A stretch of 64,000 bases of DNA from Acidobacteriota bacterium (GTDB lineage: Bacteria; Acidobacteriota; UBA6911; RPQK01; CBDAPI01): the NCBI GenBank assembly GCA_965205345.1, contig CBDBGQ010000024.1, forward strand, positions 253 through 64,252, read 5' to 3'. This document shows positions 38,015 to 47,403 of the stretch, piece after piece (within the stretch, counting starts at the first letter, position 1; each line of letters starts with the position of its first letter). Made by a program: the position numbers and the translations under genes. The notes beneath the pieces are model-generated. The model did not search any database. It was not told the origin of the DNA and was given only the letters and a program-made list of their open reading frames with translations.

Positions 38015-38147
38015 TTCCACGTTTCACGTTCCACGTTTCACGTCAGAATGGGGGAGGTGCCTTGGGGCCGCAACGCCATGACCCGGGATCGGGAGGGGCA
38101 TGTTCACGGGCAACGAAAACGTGGAACGTGGAACGTGGAACGTGGAA
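38015..38147. repeat. Inverted pair of TTCCACG-type heptamer arrays
   Basis: TTYCACG x4 (38015-38042) and CGTGGAA x4 (38120-38147). Confidence 0.88.
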
Positions 38148-38991
38148 TCTCCTAGCCCGGATTATGCAAAAACCGTAGTCCGGTGTTGAAAAACGAGTCG
38201 AGAAGTGGCCCAACTCGGAAGCGGGCAGGTGTGACAGGCGGATTTGCGAAGAATATCAGTTGGGGAGGCGTTTGAGTGGTTGGGGGAGTGAATTTCAGAC
38301 AGATCTGGGCCTGGATGAGTATCGGAAGCGGTTTTTTGGGGAACTGGGAGAAGCTAGCTGGAGTTGAGGCGACTCAAGACGAGGTGGAAGAGGGGTTGTT
38401 CGGGAAAGGCTGAGGAAAGATGGACCCAGATGCGTCGAGTGGTTTGTCGGATGCGGGCCCCGATCTTGAGGACACGACGACGTAAGGTTTCGATTTCGAG
38501 CTTGTGCCAGGGAGTCCCGTGCAGATAGTCGCGGAGGCGCACGAACATCTGGTAAGCCAGTGCATGCAGGAGGAGTCGAAACTGATTGGCCAGGAATCGA
38601 TGACAGCTGAGTCGGTCCATGCTCAGATGATTCTTGAAGGCCTTGATGAAGTTCTCGGTCTGCCCTCGGTTTGTATAGTGGTCATAAAGTGATTGGGAGC
38701 AGAGATCGTCCCGGTTGGTAACCACAAAGCGACGATTGATCCCGCGCTGATCGACCTCCACTTTGACAATGACGCGACGGGATCGATCCCAGCTCTTGGC
38801 TCGATAAAGAAACTCGTCAAACTGACGCTGTTTTTCCTCCAGCTCAACGAACTGCAGCCGAGTCGAATCCAGCAGCGGCTAGTAGTGTAACTTTTTTTCT
38901 GTAATTTCTGGTCAGGCCTTGGGTCGGAAAGACAGAGGTCTGGGACAGGATTCTCCAAAAACAGAAACGAGAATCTGGCAAGGAGAATCAA

Positions 38992-40203
38992 ATGAACCCA
39001 GATCTGGAAAAGAGAGTACCACGGGAGATCCTGGCGGAGTTGATCGAGGAAGGAACAGAAGCCTTTCGAGGAATCCTGGAGAAGTTGTTCAACGTGGCGA
39101 TGCAGTTGGAAAGAAGCGAGTTTCTGGGAGCGGAAGCGTACGAGAGAACAGCCAGTCGGCGAGGCTATCGAAACGGATTCAAAGGCAAGCGGATTCAGAC
39201 TCGAGTGGGAGAGCTGCACTTGGAGATTCCACAGGTGCGTGGGTTGAGGTTTTATCCCAAGTCGCTGGAGAGGGGTTGCCGTTCGGAGAAGGCCCTGAAG
39301 CTGGCCATTGCCGAGATGTATGTGATGGGCGTCTCGACGAGGAAAGTCACCGAGATCACGGAGCAGCTGTGTGGGTTGGAGATCTCGGCCACCCAGGTCT
39401 CGAGAGTGGCCGGGATGCTGGACGAAGAGCTGGAAGAGTTTCGAAGCCGGGAGCTGGGAGAGTATCCGATCGTGTATCTGGATGCCCACTACGAGAAGGT
39501 TCGAAGAGGCGGCAGGGTGCAGGACGTGGCCATCCTGAAAGCCATAGGAGTCAATCGTTTCGGGACGCGAGAGGTGTTGGGTCTGAGCGCCAAGATCAGC
39601 GAAGCGGAGGTGCATTGGCGAGGGTTTCTGGGAGATCTGCACAAGCGTGGACTGAGAGGGGTCGAGCTGTTGGTCAGTGACGATCACGAAGGACTGAAGG
39701 CGGCCAGGCGGGCAGTTTATCCGTCGGTGCCCTGGAACCGTTGTCAGTTTCACCTGAGCAAAAACGCCCAACAATATGCTCGCCGCAAAGAGGACAAGCC
39801 CCGCATCGCCCAGGCCATGCGGGACATTTTCGATGCCCCGTCTCGAGAGGATGCCGAGGAGCTCAAGGGTAAAGTCGTCAAGAAGTTCGAAAAGATTGCA
39901 CCGGAGTTCGTGAGCTGGCTGGAAGACAACCTGGATGAAGGGCTGACAGTGTTTGATTTTCCGAGGAGCTGGTGGCGAAGGATCCGAACCATCAACGGAC
40001 TGGAGAGACTGCACCGGGAGATCCGGAGACGAACCCGGGTGGTGGGAATCTTTCCCCACGAAGCATCGGCGCTGCGGCTCATCTCGGCTGTGCTTGCAGA
40101 GATACACGAGGAGTGGTTAACCGACCGGCAATACCTGAACCTGGCCGGCTGGAAAAAACAAGTGGAGCAATTCTTCCCTACAGGCCCTAGCAGCCCGTGG
40201 TGA
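38992..40203 (+). CDS. IS256 transposase with C-terminal residues replaced by the nested element
   Basis: Matches 2159-3385 except G/D in WLTxRQ and the tail RGNYRKTVA replaced by SSPW. Confidence 0.9.
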   Translation: MNPDLEKRVPREILAELIEEGTEAFRGILEKLFNVAMQLERSEFLGAEAYERTASRRGYRNGFKGKRIQTRVGELHLEIPQVRGLRFYPKSLERGCRSEKALKLAIAEMYVMGVSTRKVTEITEQLCGLEISATQVSRVAGMLDEELEEFRSRELGEYPIVYLDAHYEKVRRGGRVQDVAILKAIGVNRFGTREVLGLSAKISEAEVHWRGFLGDLHKRGLRGVELLVSDDHEGLKAARRAVYPSVPWNRCQFHLSKNAQQYARRKEDKPRIAQAMRDIFDAPSREDAEELKGKVVKKFEKIAPEFVSWLEDNLDEGLTVFDFPRSWWRRIRTINGLERLHREIRRRTRVVGIFPHEASALRLISAVLAEIHEEWLTDRQYLNLAGWKKQVEQFFPTGPSSPW

Positions 40204-41635
40204 AAGTCGAGGATAAGGGGTCACACAGCGACACTAGACTGACCCCATGGCAATGGGGAAAAAGAAACGTCGACAGCAAGAAGACCTGTGGGTCGCCACC
40301 AGTGAGCTGCCCCGCACCGCCGGCCATCCCTTCTACGAAAGACTGAATGGCCTTTTCAACGAACACGGCTTTGACGACTTCGTGGAGGGACTGTGTGCGA
40401 AGTTCTATGCAGACAAGATGGGGCGACCGAGCCTGGCTCCGGGAGTGTACTTTCGGCTGCTGCTGGTGGGGTATTTCGAAGGGATCGGATCGGAACGAGG
40501 AATAGCCTGGAGAGCAGCTGATTCTCTGGCACTGCGAGAGTTTCTGGGATTGAAACTGAGCGAGTCGCCGTCTGATCACTCCACGATCTCCCGAACCCGA
40601 CGACTGATCGATGTGGCTACCCACGAAGCAGTCTTTGACTGGGTACTGAAGCGGATCGGGGCGAGCGGCCTGCTGCGGGGCAAGACGATCGGCATCGATG
40701 CCACTACGCTGGAAGCGAATGCAGCGCTGCGCAGCATCGTGCGCCGGGACAGCGAGCAGGGGTATGAAGAGTTTTTGATGGAGCTGGCGAAAGCCTCCGG
40801 GATTGAGACGCCGCGACGGGAAGATCTGGCCAAACTGGACCGCAAGCGCACGGGCAAAGGATCGAACCGGGTTTGGAAGCACCCGCATGATGCGGATGCG
40901 CGGATTACCAGAATGAAGGACGGGCGGACGCACCTGGCGCACAAGGCGGAGCATGCAGTGGATCTGGAGACCGGAGCGATTGTCTCGGTGACGGTACAGG
41001 GAGCCGATCAAGGGGACACGCAGACCATGGTGAAGACCCTGACGGAAGCGGCCGAGAAGGTGGAACAAGCGCTGCCGGAGGGACGAGGCATCGAAGAGGT
41101 GGTGGCCGACAAGGGGTATCACAGCACGCAGCGGATGGTGGACCTGGATGCGGTGGGACTGCGCAGCTATGTGAGCGAACCGAGGCGAGGGAAGCGACGC
41201 TGGCGAGGAGACCGGCAGGGGCAGGAAGCGGTGTATGCGAATCGGCGGCGCATCCGGGGAGAGCGAGGGCAGCGGCTGCTGCGGCAACGAGGAGAGCAGC
41301 TGGAGCGACCCTGTGCGCATCTGTACGGGAGCGGAGGGATGAGACGGCTGCATGTACGGGGACATGAGAATGTGTTGAAGCGACTGCTGATCCAGGTGAG
41401 CGCCTTCAATCTGGGGATGCTGATGCGTCAGAGCCTGGGTGTGGGAACGCCGCGGGGTCTGCAGGGGCGGATTTGCGCCCTGATGCTACTGATTTTGTCG
41501 CTGTTCAAGCGTCTTAAGGGCCTGTTCGGACTGATTCCGGCTGCTTGGCCCGAAAAACCCAACTCAGCGACCCCTTCGCTGCTTCCACCCGTGGGTACCA
41601 CCTGAGCTCAGAAAACGTACTTCCACCACGGGCTG
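40191..41635 (+). mobile_element. IS1182-like insertion sequence
   Basis: 17-bp IRs CAGCCCGTGGTGAAAGT / ACTTCCACCACGGGCTG (16/17); CTAG TSD (40187-40190, 41636-41639). Confidence 0.88.
40247..41605 (+). CDS. IS1182/IS5-clan DDE transposase (DUF772-like N-terminus)
   Basis: GRPSLAP, GIGSERGI, DHSTISR, IDATTLEANA, ADKGYH motifs. Confidence 0.85.
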   Translation: MAMGKKKRRQQEDLWVATSELPRTAGHPFYERLNGLFNEHGFDDFVEGLCAKFYADKMGRPSLAPGVYFRLLLVGYFEGIGSERGIAWRAADSLALREFLGLKLSESPSDHSTISRTRRLIDVATHEAVFDWVLKRIGASGLLRGKTIGIDATTLEANAALRSIVRRDSEQGYEEFLMELAKASGIETPRREDLAKLDRKRTGKGSNRVWKHPHDADARITRMKDGRTHLAHKAEHAVDLETGAIVSVTVQGADQGDTQTMVKTLTEAAEKVEQALPEGRGIEEVVADKGYHSTQRMVDLDAVGLRSYVSEPRRGKRRWRGDRQGQEAVYANRRRIRGERGQRLLRQRGEQLERPCAHLYGSGGMRRLHVRGHENVLKRLLIQVSAFNLGMLMRQSLGVGTPRGLQGRICALMLLILSLFKRLKGLFGLIPAAWPEKPNSATPSLLPPVGTT

Positions 41636-42603
41636 CTAGAGGAAATTACAGAAAAACGGTTGCTTAACCCAGCGGCTCGACCACTCGCTGCAGGCGAGGG
41701 TTTCGACTTAACCCAATGACATATTGGAGTTGATTCTCTTCACCTTCACAGAACTCGTAGAGCCGAGGCGTGGCAAAGCCGCTGTCGGCCCGAATCTCAA
41801 TCTCGACATCCGTCCCCACTCCTTGTCGGATGGCCTCCACGACTCGCTTCAGAATGGGCACGATGTGAGAGGCAGCCCCCTTGTTGCCAGGTCTCAACAC
41901 GACACACACCAGGTCGCCCGTGTCGGCATCGAAGATCAGCAAAGGATGCAGAATGTGGTTTCGGTAATACCCATGGTAGAAGGAGAACTCCTGCTGACCG
42001 TGAGTGTGGTCGTCGGTACTGTCCAGATCCAGGATGATCTTGCTGGGACGTCTCTTCTTCAGGGAGCGCACATAACGGCCTAGCAGCCACTGGCTCAGAC
42101 GCATCAGATCCTTCTTGGTGACGGAGTTCTCCAAACGGGAGAAAGTCGGCTGGGTGGCCAAATCGGGATCGCTCTCGGGCAACTGATCACAGACTGTCTT
42201 GAGCATCGGATCGGAGCGCAGCGTATCGGCGTCATTACAGTCTTCGTAGCCGGCCACGATCTGCAAGACTCGTTGTCGAATCAACTTCAACAGGTCATGA
42301 CGAACGTAGCGTCGGTCCCGGCTTTCCGAAATACACGAACTGAAGCCCTCGCACAACCGATGTTGCCGATCCAGCGATCCAAACAACAACCATCCTGCGT
42401 CGGAAGTCAGACTCCCCCCATCAAAACGCGCCGTGATCTTTCGGTGGCTGTGAAATAGCAGGGTATTCTGGCAGACTGCTTTCAACATTGCCGTAGCTCC
42501 TGTTTAGGGTCGTTGTTTATGTAAACCCTTTTATATCAGAGAGCTACGGCCTTTTTTCTGGGCCCAAATCTCACTCGGATTCAGATCTCATGCATAATCC
42601 GGG

Positions 42604-43131
42604 CTAGTGCGGGAGGTCCGGAGCCTTCTCGAGTTCCAGCCGGGGTCCGCCGATCAGCTCGATGCAGTGAGGGATTGCTGCCAGGACCGCGTCCAGACAT
42701 TCCTGAATGGCTCTGGGATTGCCTGGCAGGTTGACGACCAGACATCTCCCTCGAAAACCGGCTGTCTGACGCGACAGCAGAGCCGTGGGAACATGTTTCA
42801 CTGACACTCGTCGCATCTGCTCGCCAAAGCCGGGCAGCATTTTCTCGCATACCTCTCGAGTGGCATCGGGAGTGCAGTCGCGGGGAGCCGGGCCCGTCCC
42901 CCCGGTGGTCACGATCAGGCTGCAGCCCTCGTGGTCGGCCATTTGTCTCAACTCTTCGCTAACCACTTCCAGGTCATCCGATACGATCCGCTGAAGAATC
43001 CTGTAGGGACTGACAATCTTCCGGGCGAGGTAGGCCGTGACAGCCGGCCCGCCCCGGTCCTCGTACTCTCCGCGGCTGGCCCGGTCTGAAACCGTCAGGA
43101 CTCCGATGAGAGTTTCCGACATGGGAGTCAT
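42604..43131 (-). CDS. mog: Molybdopterin adenylyltransferase
   Basis: LTVSDRAS.GEYEDRGGP, TTGGTGPAPRD.TP, SRQTAG, NLPGNP. Confidence 0.92.
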   Translation of the reverse strand: MTPMSETLIGVLTVSDRASRGEYEDRGGPAVTAYLARKIVSPYRILQRIVSDDLEVVSEELRQMADHEGCSLIVTTGGTGPAPRDCTPDATREVCEKMLPGFGEQMRRVSVKHVPTALLSRQTAGFRGRCLVVNLPGNPRAIQECLDAVLAAIPHCIELIGGPRLELEKAPDLPH

Positions 43132-43216
43132 GATAACGTGTCGAGACTGCTCTTCCGGGAAATCCTGATACCACTCGACCGGATCTCCTAGAGAGCAACC
43201 ATATGAAAGTGAATGC

Positions 43217-43999
43217 TTAGCGGGAGAAACTGCAGAATCCACGCTGCGACGATTCGATGAAATCGACCAGTGTCTTCAAAGCGGGAGAACCAAGGCACTC
43301 CAGCTCTTCGATTTTCTGCCTCAGCCTCAATTCGGTGGAAGACAGCAGCCGGTAAGCCCTCTTCAGGCATTGAAGCTCTTCTTTGCTCACGCTGCTCCGC
43401 CTGATTCCAACCAGGTTAAGACTGTGGTGGATGCCTGGGACACCGTCGACCAGGAAAAAAGGGAGCACATCCTGTACTACCTTGGAGTTGCCCCCGATCA
43501 TCGCCATTTGCCCGATGCGGCAGAACTGATGAACGACCACTCCCCCGGACAGGAATGAGTAGTCGCCCAGGCTGACATGACCTGCCAGGGCGACATTATT
43601 GGCAAGGACTACATGATTTCCCAGGACACATTCGTGAGCTACGTGTGAGTAGGCCATCAAGTAGCAGTTGTCGCCAATGCGGGTTGCAGCGTCCGCTTCA
43701 GTGGCCCGGTTGACGGTCACACCTTCACGGAAGACATTCTGGTCTCCGATATGGAGGTGGGAACGATTGCCGGAGAACTTGAGGTCCTGCGGGTCTCCTC
43801 CCAGAACGGCTCCTTCGGCGACCAGGTTTCCCTCTCCCAGACGTGTGTGCCGCTTGATGACGGCATGGGCCCCGATTCGGCACCCGTTTCCCAGCCCCGT
43901 CTCGTCTTCGACTACGGCATAAGGTCCAATCCATACATCGGCTCCGATCTCGGACCCGGGGGCAACCACCGCGGTGGGATGGATCTGAACCTGGCTCAT
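43217..43999 (-). CDS. lpxA: Acyl-ACP--UDP-N-acetylglucosamine O-acyltransferase
   Basis: Hexapeptide repeats; PQDLKF, HVAHEC, VHQFCRIG motifs. Confidence 0.92.
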   Translation of the reverse strand: MSQVQIHPTAVVAPGSEIGADVWIGPYAVVEDETGLGNGCRIGAHAVIKRHTRLGEGNLVAEGAVLGGDPQDLKFSGNRSHLHIGDQNVFREGVTVNRATEADAATRIGDNCYLMAYSHVAHECVLGNHVVLANNVALAGHVSLGDYSFLSGGVVVHQFCRIGQMAMIGGNSKVVQDVLPFFLVDGVPGIHHSLNLVGIRRSSVSKEELQCLKRAYRLLSSTELRLRQKIEELECLGSPALKTLVDFIESSQRGFCSFSR

Positions 44000-44046
44000 C
44001 GAGCCGAGTGTAGCATGAGGGAACCGCCGGCTCCCCTCGGGATTGA

Positions 44047-44110
44047 AAACGGAGCCCCGACCGTGAGGGAAGGGATAGATTCTCCGGTCACTAACGCCCC
44101 GGCTCCGTTT
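44047..44110. repeat. REP-like palindromic element (third family)
   Basis: AAACGGAGCC / GGCTCCGTTT perfect 10-bp IR with internal GACCG/CGGTC. Confidence 0.5.
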
Positions 44111-44150
44111 CCGCAGTTCCGGATTTCGAGTTGTCAGTCACACTCGCTAA

Positions 44151-44168
44151 AACCCAGAACCCAGAACC
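44151..44168 (-). repeat. GGTTCTG-type heptamer array at stop codon
   Basis: Minus strand reads TAG-GTTCTGGGTTCTGGGTT from the aldolase stop. Confidence 0.75.
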
Positions 44169-44953
44169 TATTCCCGCAGTTGCCTCAAGAGGCTCGCGGA
44201 GATCGTGCGAAACAACTGGATATCGTTGGAGACCGTCATGAACCGCATTCCCTCCTGGACCCACCGCCTGGCATCCTCCACGCGTTGGAGATGTATACCG
44301 GGGGCCACACCGTGAGCCGTACAGACTTTGATGACACTGCGAAACGCCTCCTCCATTCGTGGATGCGAGAGTTCAGCGGGAATGCCCATGTCCTGGGACA
44401 GGTCGAACGGCCCGATCATGGTGGCGTCAATTCCGGGCCTGGACACCAGTTCCTCGAGGTTGGACAGCGCTTGTTCCGACTCGACTTGAATCACGTTGAG
44501 CAGTTCGCGGTTGGCCCACTCCATGTACTCACTGCCTGACACATCGCGATAGCGTGACGCTACTGGCGAGATACTGGCTCCCCGTTCTCCCTCCGGGGCG
44601 TATCTGGTTGAACGAATGATTTCCTCAACCTGCCGCGGGGTGTCCACCCGGGGCAGCACCAGGCCCTCAATCCCCAGATCGAGAGGTCGAGCCATCAAAT
44701 GATACTCCTTGTCTGGAACTCGCAGGAGTATCGTGATCTCTTCGTATTTTGCGACCAGGCTAAGATTGGAAATCTGAGAAGAGTTGTAGTCCCCATGTTC
44801 GGTGTCCAGGATGACGTAGTCCCAGCCTGCAGCCGCGCTCAGCGAGATTGCATGAGGGCTGTTGAGGAGCCGGAACATGGTGCCGTAACAGATACCTCCC
44901 TCCTTCAGGATTCTCTTGACGCGATTCGGTTTGAGGACGGATTCGTTTCCCAT
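44168..44953 (-). CDS. HpcH/HpaI aldolase family protein
   Basis: ILDTEHG, LDLG, RYAPEGERG, IQVES, IGPFDLS motifs. Confidence 0.9.
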   Translation of the reverse strand: MGNESVLKPNRVKRILKEGGICYGTMFRLLNSPHAISLSAAAGWDYVILDTEHGDYNSSQISNLSLVAKYEEITILLRVPDKEYHLMARPLDLGIEGLVLPRVDTPRQVEEIIRSTRYAPEGERGASISPVASRYRDVSGSEYMEWANRELLNVIQVESEQALSNLEELVSRPGIDATMIGPFDLSQDMGIPAELSHPRMEEAFRSVIKVCTAHGVAPGIHLQRVEDARRWVQEGMRFMTVSNDIQLFRTISASLLRQLRE

Positions 44954-45140
44954 TGCTACGATACAGATTACAGGTTCGAGCGGAAGGTTGAAAGTCCCCA
45001 CTTTGCGTTCCATGTTCCACGTTAGTTCACTTTGCTCACTGCCGTTCCAGGGCGAAAGCAACACAGACTTGGAATCTCCTATTCCTCCCCTGCCATTCAG
45101 TGGTCTTGTCTGGTGAGCCCTCAAGCGTTACCGTATCTAG

Positions 45141-45186
45141 CAGACCGTGGGGAAAGTCGCGCGCCCGTGACTTCCCCCACGGGCTG
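45141..45186. mobile_element. 46-bp MITE related to the IS1182-like element
   Basis: CAGACCGTGGGGAAAGTC...ACTTCCCCCACGGGCTG matches both IRs of 40191-41635; flanked by CTAG / CTAT. Confidence 0.8.
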
Positions 45187-45208
45187 CTATGAAAAGGAGT
45201 ACTGGGAG

Positions 45209-47351
45209 ATGAGAACATTTAAAGCCCGGGTGAATCGTGAGTTTCTCTGCAAACGGGGGACCGTTTTGTGGAAGCCGTCAGGGGTCGCTGTTGCCGTGAT
45301 GCTGATCGCCGCTACTGCGGGTCGGCTGGGTGCCCAGGCCCCGCGCCCCATGACACTGGAAGATTTCTATTCGATCAAGTCCGTAAGTGACGTTGCGGCA
45401 TCAAGCGACGGCCGCTGGGCTGCGTACGCCGTGCAGGAGATTGATCGAGACCGGGACGCCCGCATTTCAAGCTTGTGGCGGGTTTCCGTGGAAGGAGGCC
45501 CTCCAGTCCAGCTGATTCGAAGCCGGGACAATAACCGGCTGCCGAAGTTCTCGCCTGATGGCCGTCATATTGCGTTCCTGTCGAACCGCGATGCCCAGGC
45601 CTGGGAAATCCCAAAAAAAGTGACCGATCGAGGGCAACTGTTCCTTTTGCCCCTGGACGGAGGGGGACCTTTTCCGGCCACAGCCCTTCCCGGAGGTGTC
45701 TCGAGTTTCACCTGGTCGCCCGACGGCCACCGGGTGGCCGTTGTGGGCCGAGATCCGAAGATCAAGGCTGAGCGGGGACCCGCGGGAACGCCGGCGCCCG
45801 TGGTGCTGACCCAGCTTCGGCACAAGGGGGGAACGAGCTGGCTGGACGATCGAAAGGAGCACATTTACCTCGTCACCCTGGATGACGCCCTGTCTTCATC
45901 CGGGCTGCGCCTGTCCGAGCCGAAGCTGCTCACGCCCGGCTCCTTCAACGAACAGGCGCCGACCTGGTCTCCCGACGGCCGGCTGATTGCCTTTACTTCG
46001 AACCGGACGGATGAGCCGGAGGCCAATCGCAACAGCGACATCTGGACCGTTGACGTTTCGTCTCTGCAGATCCGTCAGGTCACAACGGACCCGGGTGCCG
46101 ATGCCCGGCCGGCCTGGTCGCCTGACGGCAAGCAGATCGCCTGGGTGCACACGCCTGTAAACCCGCTCCAGTATGCGCTTCCGCGCCTGATGGTGATGCC
46201 GTCCGGAGGCGGGACGCCCCAGAGACCTGACCGGTCACCATGACAGAGGGGTTGCGCGGACTCCCAGCAAGGGCGGCTATCCGCATTGGTCTGCCGATGG
46301 GAAGTCTCTGTACGTCACCATGATTGACGGGGGGCGAAATCCCCTTTTCAACATCGGACTCGACGGTTCCAGAGCCATCCTCCTGGACGGCGATGTCCAG
46401 GAGTGGGAATTGACCCCCCATCACATTGTGGCGATCAAGGTGCCTCCGGATGCGCCTCGCGAGGTGTTCAGCGTGTCCCTGAAGGGAGGGACTCCTCCCC
46501 GTAACCTCAGCGGCGCCAACCGGGAACTGTTCAGCAAACTGGCAGTGAACGCCGACGAAAGTATCGAGTGGCAGAGCACCGATGGAACCACCGCGCAGGG
46601 CTGGTTGATCAAACCGGTGGGTTTCGATCCCGCCCGAAGATACCCCTTGATCGTCTGGATCCACGGGGGCCCGGTGTGGCACTGGACGGATGGATTCAGG
46701 TTTGAGCCGCACTACTTTGCCGCTCTCGGTTACATGGTTCTCAAGCCCAACGTCCGGGGCAGTCTCGGATTCGGCCTGGATTTCTCGCTCGAGCTGTCCG
46801 GAGACTGGGGAAACAAAGACTTTGAGGACGTCATGACCGGTGTCGACTACCTGGTTGAACGTGGTCTCGTCGATTCGAAACAACTGGGTGTGGGAGGATG
46901 GAGCTACGGCGGCATTCTGACCAACTACATTGTCACTAAGACCGATCGATTTGCGGCCGCCGCTTCCGGCGCCGGTCATTCCGACCTGTTCAGTTCATTC
47001 GGAACAGACGATGCCCGTCTGGCGTGGATTGAGGAGTTCGGGCTCCCCTGGGAGAATGAAGAGTTGTACCGGCGACTCTCACCCATTACCGAAGTCGACA
47101 AGGTCGTCACCCCGACACTGTTCCTTTATGGGGAGAGGGACTTTAATTGCTCGCCCGGGCAGGCGGAGCAAATGTATGTCTGTCTGAAAACGCTGGGAAG
47201 AGAAACCGCCCTGATCCTCTATCCCGGAGAAGGACATGGCATTCAGAAGCCGTCCAACCTCACAGATCGGGCGCGCCGCTATGCCCTGTGGTTCGACAAG
47301 CATATCCGTGGCAAGGAGGTTGATCCCACCTACCGGGGTTTGCCCCAATAA
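45209..47351 (+). CDS. S9 family (prolyl oligo/acylaminoacyl) peptidase, frameshift at C4 run 46217-46220
   Basis: WSPDG propeller repeats; IHGGP, GWSYGG, D and H (EGHG) catalytic motifs in ORF 46320-47351. Confidence 0.88.
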
Positions 47352-47403
47352 CTGCCGCTCGCTTTTCGCTCGCGCCGTTGCAAGTTTCAACCTTCAACGG
47401 TCC

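Larger units (their letters stand above)
38881..41669 (+). mobile_element. IS256 type A copy 2 (carrying IS1182-like insertion)
   Basis: 8-bp TSD CAGCGGCT (38873-38880, 41670-41677). Confidence 0.93.
38354..42488 (-). pseudogene. IS1380 transposase split by IS256
   Basis: 5' part 41670-42488 and 3' part 38354-38880 rejoin into the 445-aa protein. Confidence 0.92.
38156..42603 (-). mobile_element. IS1380 copy 3, interrupted by nested IS256 and IS1182-like elements
   Basis: Same IRs; CTAG TSD (38152-38155, 42604-42607). Confidence 0.93.
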
